A DNA stretch of 30,962 bases, taken from positions 1 through 30,962 of the IMG/VR virus record IMGVR_UViG_3300032335_000904; one strand, given 5' to 3'. The DNA is from a virus. Taxonomy: Duplodnaviria; Caudoviricetes. This document shows positions 25,945 through 30,962 of the stretch, one piece after another (the first letter of the stretch is position 1; every line of letters begins with the position of its first letter). The notes under the pieces are model-generated. The model worked only from the letters and a program-made list of their open reading frames with translations, was not told where the DNA came from and did no database searches. Both the position numbers and the translations under genes were made by a program.

Positions 25945-26489
25945 TAACGCAACCTCCGACATAGACCTGTCCAGAATTTCAGCCTGACCTCTCGATCACG
26001 AATCACTGACCGATCATGTGGATTGTCGAGAAACCCGATTTCAGCCAGACATGCTGGCGGACCAAAATCGAGAACAGCCAGACGAGAATGCTGGCTTTCC
26101 GACTCACGCTTTAGACCTCGGCTTTTCAGACCTGTCGCCTCGACCAGGCTGTCCAGCACCAGCTGTGCGAATGCCCTGTCGGAAATGTCTCGATAGTAGA
26201 CCTCGACGCCCGTGGCTTTGCCGTCGGCTGCGTTGCAGTGCAGCGACAGGAAATGCGTGCAACCATTTGCCGCGGCGACATCATCACGTCTGCCAACTGG
26301 CATTTCGTCGTTATTATCGTCCCTGGTCAGGAAATGCTTGATGCCGTACTGTGGCAGGACATACTTTCCAGTTAGCGCCCATTCCAGTGCGACGTCTGTT
26401 TCTCTGACACCAGCTGCGATTGCGCCTGGATCAAACACATCATCGCGCTTGCTTGACATGCCGTGCCCAGGATCAATCGCCAGTTTCAT
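25944..26489 (-). CDS. Endolysin, N-acetylmuramoyl-L-alanine amidase (Amidase_3)
   Basis: IDPGHG, DPGA, E, LSLHCNA, LAEIGFLDN motifs; catalytic domain only. Confidence 0.95.
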   Translation of the reverse strand: MKLAIDPGHGMSSKRDDVFDPGAIAAGVRETDVALEWALTGKYVLPQYGIKHFLTRDDNNDEMPVGRRDDVAAANGCTHFLSLHCNAADGKATGVEVYYRDISDRAFAQLVLDSLVEATGLKSRGLKRESESQHSRLAVLDFGPPACLAEIGFLDNPHDRSVIRDREVRLKFWTGLCRRLR

Positions 26490-26498
26490 ACAGTGACC

Positions 26499-26581
26499 TC
26501 GGTAGACGGATGCAGGCTCGGTCTAACGTCTGGAAAATCCAGCACCTGCTACAGAACACACTACTACCGAAATAAATTGTA
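26499..26581 (-). promoter_or_regulatory. Candidate late promoter (-10 TACAAT) and structured 5' leader
   Basis: TACAAT at 26576-26581; nested stems 26499-26505/26564-26570, 26512-26516/26545-26549, 26530-26534/26538-26542. Confidence 0.5.
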
Positions 26582-26584
26582 CTC

Positions 26585-26791
26585 CTAGAAATCCATCGAG
26601 TCCTGATGAATTGACAGACGTTTTTCCATCATCTGCTGCGCTTTATCAATTACAGCTGCAGCCGACATCATTTCTATCGCACCACCAATGGTCACCAGCA
26701 CATGCTTTTCACCACTGGCGGCTGTCTCGATGGCATGGATTCGAAATCCGTTCTGCCTTAATTCTTTGATGGCATCGCTCAGGTCAATCAT
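26585..26791 (-). CDS. Hypothetical protein
   Basis: GAGGAGGAG SD; compact operon position. Confidence 0.72.
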   Translation of the reverse strand: MIDLSDAIKELRQNGFRIHAIETAASGEKHVLVTIGGAIEMMSAAAVIDKAQQMMEKRLSIHQDSMDF

Positions 26792-26951
26792 CGACCAGCT
26801 CCTCCTCGTCTCGGATTTCCTCTGCTGCCTGCATTTCTATCAGACGCGCCTGCGTTTCTGGTGTCAGGTATCGATCATCGTTCAGCCACCATTTTCGGTG
26901 GTCCACCACGTTGCTGTTAAACATCGGTTTACCTGTCGAGAACTTTTCCAT
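26784..26951 (-). CDS. 55-aa hypothetical protein (not in ORF track)
   Basis: MEKFSTGKPMFNSNVVDHRKWW...EEELVDD fills the gap and overlaps both neighbours. Confidence 0.6.
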   Translation of the reverse strand: MEKFSTGKPMFNSNVVDHRKWWLNDDRYLTPETQARLIEMQAAEEIRDEEELVDD

Positions 26952-27120
26952 GTCGTATCAATCTTTCCCATTTCATTTTTGCATACGGCTTATTCCCGTC
27001 GAAATAGCCATCGTGCCTGAATGCCCCACCGAGACCGAGACAGGCAGACTCCAGCACCAGATGCTTGACCAGCGTTTTCTCGCGATGCTGCCAGCTCTGC
27101 TCGCTGAATTTTTGCGTCAT
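26929..27120 (-). CDS. Hypothetical protein
   Basis: GGAGG SD and ATGA overlap with the upstream gene. Confidence 0.6.
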   Translation of the reverse strand: MTQKFSEQSWQHREKTLVKHLVLESACLGLGGAFRHDGYFDGNKPYAKMKWERLIRHGKVLDR

Positions 27121-27641
27121 AAATCCTCCAGCTTCAGCATGTTCGCGACCAGTGATTTCGCATGCTGCAGCTCGTCGGCTGTCAGCTCGCGCGCAGGTTC
27201 TGGTGTCGGCAGTCCCAGCTGTTTTCTGGCATGGTCAATCAGGTGTTCTTTCTCAGCCTCTGGAATGCTCCGCCTGATGTCGATGGTGTGCGCAATTTGA
27301 TAACCAAGTTCGTTCTGGCTGTAGCTGATAGCCAGCGTCTGAAACTCGGCATGCCATGTCTGCAGACACGCCTCTCGAAACTCTGGCGCTGATGGAAAAT
27401 CCATGGATGCTGGCGACTGCTCGCCACCCTTCCAGACCCAGACCTGTCTGCGCATGTAGCGCATGCACGTCGACTGCACAATTTCCTTCGTGATTTTCGG
27501 TTCGTCAGCCATCAACAATGCATACAGTTTCGCCTTCGTCTGCATCTGCTCAAACGACCAGTCGCCGTAGGTTTTGTACCCGCCGTCAATCAGGACAGCG
27601 AATGCTTTAATGAGTGTTTTGGTGAGTGTTGGTGTGTTCAT
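27117..27641 (-). CDS. Putative helicase loader/inhibitor (lambda P/G39P-like position)
   Basis: Directly downstream of the initiator; FPSAPEFREAC motif. Confidence 0.55.
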   Translation of the reverse strand: MNTPTLTKTLIKAFAVLIDGGYKTYGDWSFEQMQTKAKLYALLMADEPKITKEIVQSTCMRYMRRQVWVWKGGEQSPASMDFPSAPEFREACLQTWHAEFQTLAISYSQNELGYQIAHTIDIRRSIPEAEKEHLIDHARKQLGLPTPEPARELTADELQHAKSLVANMLKLEDL

Positions 27642-28459
27642 TCTAGCTCCTCGATGCTGCTGCCAATTCTGGCGAGCATGCTGTTTCTTTCGTTCGCTCC
27701 AGACCTAGTGCGCCCAGGTCGTTCACTACGTTCTACCTTCTCTGGGAAAACTCCCTGCCAGCCGTTCGCCAGCGATTCGTCGAGTGCATCGGCTGCCAGC
27801 TCGGCATCGTGCTTGGACAACTTGTGCAGCAGCGCCTTGCCGCCCACAGCAGAAATCGGTTTTCTCATGTCTCGTCTGTGCTGCACAAATGCCGACCAGC
27901 TCGCGAGAAATCGGTCATCTCTCAGACACTCAGGAATGTCCCAAACATCACCCGAGTCTCTAGACATAGATTTATCTATGTCTATATATGTTGTTGTTTC
28001 TGTTGTTGTTGTTGTTGTTGTTGTTGGGCTTGGGCTTGCTATTGGCTCGGTGTTAGCTAGCCTTAGGCTAGCCTTAGGCTTGCTTTTGGCTTGCTTTGAC
28101 CTAGCCTTCGGCTTGCCTGTAGCTACCTGCCTTTGACGTTCAATATAGGTTAAACTTGCCTGCCTTTGCTCATCAAGTTTCTCATTGATTCCATCGGGAA
28201 AACACAGGTCATAGAATGGCTCGAATGCGGATTTTTCCTCTGGTGTCAGGCGTAAAATCGCAGCTGCATCATCGTAAGAATGTAAAAATCCGTCCTCCCA
28301 TTGCAGGTCGAGCAGTGCGCGATATACACCCTGTGCAGTGAATGACATGCGGCGGACAGTGCTGCTCGCGAGGAAGTCTCGCGGATACCATTTATAGTAG
28401 CCCAGCGGCGTCGCCGATTTTGAATGCCTGGAATCGCCAGACTCGTTTTTCGTATTCAT
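27638..28459 (-). CDS. Phage replication initiator (DUF1376/YdaU, O-like)
   Basis: YYKWYPRDFL...AQGVYRALLDLQW N-domain, iteron-encoded linker, C-terminal SLANGWQGVF. Confidence 0.85.
   Translation of the reverse strand: MNTKNESGDSRHSKSATPLGYYKWYPRDFLASSTVRRMSFTAQGVYRALLDLQWEDGFLHSYDDAAAILRLTPEEKSAFEPFYDLCFPDGINEKLDEQRQASLTYIERQRQVATGKPKARSKQAKSKPKASLRLANTEPIASPSPTTTTTTTTETTTYIDIDKSMSRDSGDVWDIPECLRDDRFLASWSAFVQHRRDMRKPISAVGGKALLHKLSKHDAELAADALDESLANGWQGVFPEKVERSERPGRTRSGANERNSMLARIGSSIEELE
27961..28121. repeat. Putative replication origin: iterons, (TTG)n tract and palindrome
   Basis: About eight 11-bp units (GCT[AT]GC[CT]TT-like) at 28034-28121; TTG repeats 27991-28026; TAGACATAGAT-tt-ATCTATGTCTA at 27961-27984. 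Confidence 0.75.
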
Positions 28460-28542
28460 TTTGGTTCCTTTACCTGACAGGTTTTCAGATGTAGAAGGAA
28501 CCAAACCATCCTACTCACCTGCTAGGTTTTGTTATTATATCA
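28460..28542 (-). promoter_or_regulatory. Extended -10 promoter (TGA-TATAAT) and RBS-sequestering leader hairpin of the initiator
   Basis: TATAAT at 28534-28539; perfect 11-bp inverted repeat 28460-28470/28495-28505 covers the AAGGA SD. Confidence 0.65.
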
Positions 28543-28902
28543 GACTTTCTCGATTTTGATCGTCACACTCGATTCCTTGTCGTCCGTCCGACAATGCTCG
28601 AATGTCGCGCCGACGACCGTGTTGAAAGTATCACCGTCGATCACGCCAGCATTCACGAGCGCGTCCTCGAGCGCCTTGATTCGGTTCGACAGGTCGCCGC
28701 GAAATGTGGGACCGAGATTGAACATGTAGTGAATTCGGACAGGACCACTGACAGCTCGGAGTGTGAGCGCTAGGTACAACTGGACACTGTCCTGCCATAC
28801 CTTGTACGCGCCAGTTTTCCTGCGTCCCTTGCCTGGGACATTTGCGTACATGTTGTTCACGCTCGGTCCGATGGTAATGGTGGTCATGTCCGATTTTTTC
28901 AT
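28540..28902 (-). CDS. rusA: RusA-like Holliday junction resolvase
   Basis: PSVNNMY and GDLSNRIKALEDAL...GVIDGD motifs. Confidence 0.88.
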   Translation of the reverse strand: MKKSDMTTITIGPSVNNMYANVPGKGRRKTGAYKVWQDSVQLYLALTLRAVSGPVRIHYMFNLGPTFRGDLSNRIKALEDALVNAGVIDGDTFNTVVGATFEHCRTDDKESSVTIKIEKV

Positions 28903-29063
28903 GCGCCGTCGTCCTCTATTTGTCTTGCTAGGTCGACCAGTTTCTGCTCGCCTATAATGTCGATTTCATCGCCGCAGGTCAGCTGCCAGACGCCTGGTCT
29001 GACGACATCGACCGACAGGTTTTCCTGCTCGCTCAGAATTTCGATGGCACGTCGGACAGTCAT
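28899..29063 (-). CDS. Hypothetical protein (MTVRRAIE...)
   Basis: GAGGAGG SD and ATGA overlaps at both ends; the longer ORF-track start is unlikely. Confidence 0.7.
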   Translation of the reverse strand: MTVRRAIEILSEQENLSVDVVRPGVWQLTCGDEIDIIGEQKLVDLARQIEDDGA

Positions 29064-29263
29064 TCGTCGTCCTCCTCTTTCTTGCTCAGTGCCATAAGTT
29101 CTGTTGCAGCTTCCCAAGATTTTAAGGCAATTTCTTCGTATTGCCGTTTCACTCTTTGACCTCTTGGTTGAATCGACCCAGTCATTTGGTATCCCGTATT
29201 TTTGTATAGCAATGACGCCATGCATTGTCCCGCAATTATCAGCTTTAATTCTTTCTCGCTCAT
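29060..29263 (-). CDS. Hypothetical protein (MSEKELK...)
   Basis: GGAGGAG SD, ATGA coupling; low-GC cassette. Confidence 0.72.
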   Translation of the reverse strand: MSEKELKLIIAGQCMASLLYKNTGYQMTGSIQPRGQRVKRQYEEIALKSWEAATELMALSKKEEDDE

Positions 29264-29340
29264 TTCTTCTCCTCCGCTGGTAGTTCTGGTTCCCACACCC
29301 AACCATTATCGGTGGGTTGAAGTATTCCTAAAATCTTCAT
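29260..29340 (-). CDS. 26-aa small ORF MKILGILQPTDNGWVWEPELPAEEKK
   Basis: GGAGG SD; stop overlaps the next ATG; may be a gene remnant. Confidence 0.45.
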   Translation of the reverse strand: MKILGILQPTDNGWVWEPELPAEEKK

Positions 29341-29355
29341 TTCTTCATCCTCCAT

Positions 29356-29643
29356 TTATTTTGTAAATCTTCCATTTTTATTGTCCCATTCATCCCAGTG
29401 AGCGTTTACGACTTTGCCGCCACCAGAGCACTTGTAGTCTCCGATGATGTACTCCATGTCTAGAATTGAAGGAGCTTTCTTGCGGCATTGGTTCGAGCAG
29501 ACTTTGAACTGTCTTGCACCAATGTCTTGGTGTCCGACTGATCCGTAGAGATGCGAATTACTCCCCCATTCAAATGGTTGCTTGCAAACATCGCAGTGGT
29601 AAACCTTGATGGTTCTGGGAGTAAATTTGATAACATTGCTCAT
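29356..29643 (-). CDS. Zinc-finger-like hypothetical protein
   Basis: CDVC...CSNQC; start MSNVIKF with GGAGG SD and ATGA overlap. Confidence 0.75.
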   Translation of the reverse strand: MSNVIKFTPRTIKVYHCDVCKQPFEWGSNSHLYGSVGHQDIGARQFKVCSNQCRKKAPSILDMEYIIGDYKCSGGGKVVNAHWDEWDNKNGRFTK

Positions 29644-30080
29644 TCCTCCTTCTCCCATTTTGTATACGTTTCGGGGATTTCCATTTCTCTCCATTCAGAC
29701 CTAACTTTGTGCCAAAGCCCAATAGGTATACAATTGGTTGACATGGTTGTTCCCGCACATTGAGATTCAAAACCAGCTTCATTCCCGTCTGCATCATGCC
29801 AAGGTGCATCACCCCAACCAAATAAATGATTCATTATCACTTCGATGGTAGGGTCTTTTAATTTAGGTGATTTTAACCAAACTTGATACCACGCAAGCGA
29901 AGTGGCACACTTAAATTTTTTACCGCACGATTGACATTCTACTTCCAGAAGTAGAACCCAATCATTGTAGATTTCGGCGGTGTCTTTTGGATTGAATTCG
30001 TAATACCTTGGAACTCCGTGTTGGTCAATCCAGTTTGGTGTTCCAAGTTTTTCTCTAATATCTTTGTAAAGTGGGTACAT
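29640..30080 (-). CDS. Hypothetical protein with CxxC
   Basis: GVPRY, ECQSCGKKF and WGDAPWH motifs; TAATG coupling. Confidence 0.8.
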   Translation of the reverse strand: MYPLYKDIREKLGTPNWIDQHGVPRYYEFNPKDTAEIYNDWVLLLEVECQSCGKKFKCATSLAWYQVWLKSPKLKDPTIEVIMNHLFGWGDAPWHDADGNEAGFESQCAGTTMSTNCIPIGLWHKVRSEWREMEIPETYTKWEKEE

Positions 30081-30430
30081 TATTCCTCTTCCTCCAAAAT
30101 TTCAACGCAACGGAACTTTGCCTTCTTGTTATTCTGGTGAGCAAACCCATCGTCTAAGCAATACAACGGATGCCACCTCCCATCGTACTTAGCAAACGTT
30201 TCCTCAAACTCAATCGGCGTTGGCTTCACTTTCCGAAGGCACTTGATGCCAAGGAGTGTAAATGCTTCTTGTCGAATGTTTACCCATTCGTTTACATCAA
30301 TTAGAATGTCAATCCAACCGTAGTCAACAGACTTTATAACCATGCCATCTCTCTCTTTTATCTCATGCACACACCCGTTTATCTCAACGTGGGTTGCGTC
30401 TTCCAATGTGACTTCTTCCCATTGAATCAT
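30080..30430 (-). CDS. Hypothetical protein
   Basis: GGAGG SD; coupled on both sides. Confidence 0.78.
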   Translation of the reverse strand: MIQWEEVTLEDATHVEINGCVHEIKERDGMVIKSVDYGWIDILIDVNEWVNIRQEAFTLLGIKCLRKVKPTPIEFEETFAKYDGRWHPLYCLDDGFAHQNNKKAKFRCVEILEEEE

Positions 30431-30948
30431 GATGTTATCTCTCCTCCAAACACCTCAGTATCTCCAGACACTTGAGCGTTTCCAGACACCCAAGCATTTT
30501 CGTACACCCTAGCATTTCCAGACACCTCAGCATTGCCAGACACCAAAGCATTTCCAGATACCTTAGCATTGCCAGACACCAAAGCATTTCCAGATACCTT
30601 AGCATTTCCAAACACCTCAGCATCTCCAAACACCTCAGCATTGCCAGATACCTTAGCATTTCCAGACACCTCAGCATTGCCAGACAACCTAGCATCTCCA
30701 AACACCCAAGCATTTCCAAACACCTCAGCATCTCCAAACACCTCAGCAGTTCCAAACACCCAAGCATTTCCAGATACCTTAGCATCTTCAAGCACCAAAG
30801 CATCTCCAAACACCCTAGCATTTTTACCAACATAGGCAGATTCGTCTACAGTTGCAGTATTTTGCACCCATCCCCCACCGTTAGGGTGCTGATGCCACGT
30901 CTCAGCGGTAGCATCTGGAAAGATTTCTTGTAGTTGCAACAACGTCAT
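30427..30948 (-). CDS. Hexapeptide-repeat (left-handed beta-helix-like) protein, paralog 2
   Basis: Same N-terminus as paralog 1 plus about 21 hexapeptides; its start (30948) equals position 109 on the circle. Confidence 0.9.
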   Translation of the reverse strand: MTLLQLQEIFPDATAETWHQHPNGGGWVQNTATVDESAYVGKNARVFGDALVLEDAKVSGNAWVFGTAEVFGDAEVFGNAWVFGDARLSGNAEVSGNAKVSGNAEVFGDAEVFGNAKVSGNALVSGNAKVSGNALVSGNAEVSGNARVYENAWVSGNAQVSGDTEVFGGEITS

Positions 30949-30962
30949 CTAAACCACCTCCG
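30840..30962 (+). repeat. Terminal direct repeat, copy 2
   Basis: Identical to 1-123. Confidence 0.95.

Larger units (their letters stand above)
1..30962. mobile_element. Complete (circularly permuted) siphovirus-like phage genome, unit length 30,839 bp
   Basis: Full set of terminase, portal, protease, HK97 capsid, tail, lysis and replication/recombination genes; terminal 123-bp exact repeat; gene order continuous across the junction. Confidence 0.92.

Noticed and set aside
26490-26580. Known riboswitch, ribozyme or tRNA
   Set aside because: No consensus I can recall fits; kept only as an unclassified structured leader.
28899-29306. 135-aa ORF as given in the track
   Set aside because: Its 5' part overlaps the better-supported 29060-29263 gene; the real start is likely 29063 (SD plus ATGA overlap).

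Overview
The window is an apparently complete, circularly assembled genome of a small long-tailed dsDNA phage (Caudoviricetes, HK97-type head). Bases 1-123 equal 30840-30962, giving a unit length of 30,839 bp. Almost all genes lie on the minus strand in one continuous run starting at a divergent promoter region (2905-3082). The order is HTH regulator, Gam, ERF, SWIM, SSB, then across the junction a lower-GC accessory cassette with two tandem hexapeptide-repeat genes, then RusA, a DUF1376/O-like initiator with internal iteron origin, a putative helicase loader, lysis genes plus a metallophosphoesterase, terminases, portal, MuF-like protein, protease, capsid, connectors, tail tube, a frameshifted tail chaperone, tape measure and tail tip/fibre genes. 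Five small orphan genes on the plus strand end at an intrinsic terminator. I saw no integrase, CI repressor, polymerase, tRNA, CRISPR or reverse transcriptase. The SSB recalls Armatimonadota (Fimbriimonas-like) SSBs, a tentative host clue from memory. The most notable signals are: RBS-sequestering structured leaders before the initiator and the endolysin/late operon; a tail tube protein with a nested A-A-B-B duplication; DnaA boxes over promoters; a microhomology-bounded low-GC cassette; and strong CCGG/GGCC avoidance. All calls come from manual reading, with no database searches.
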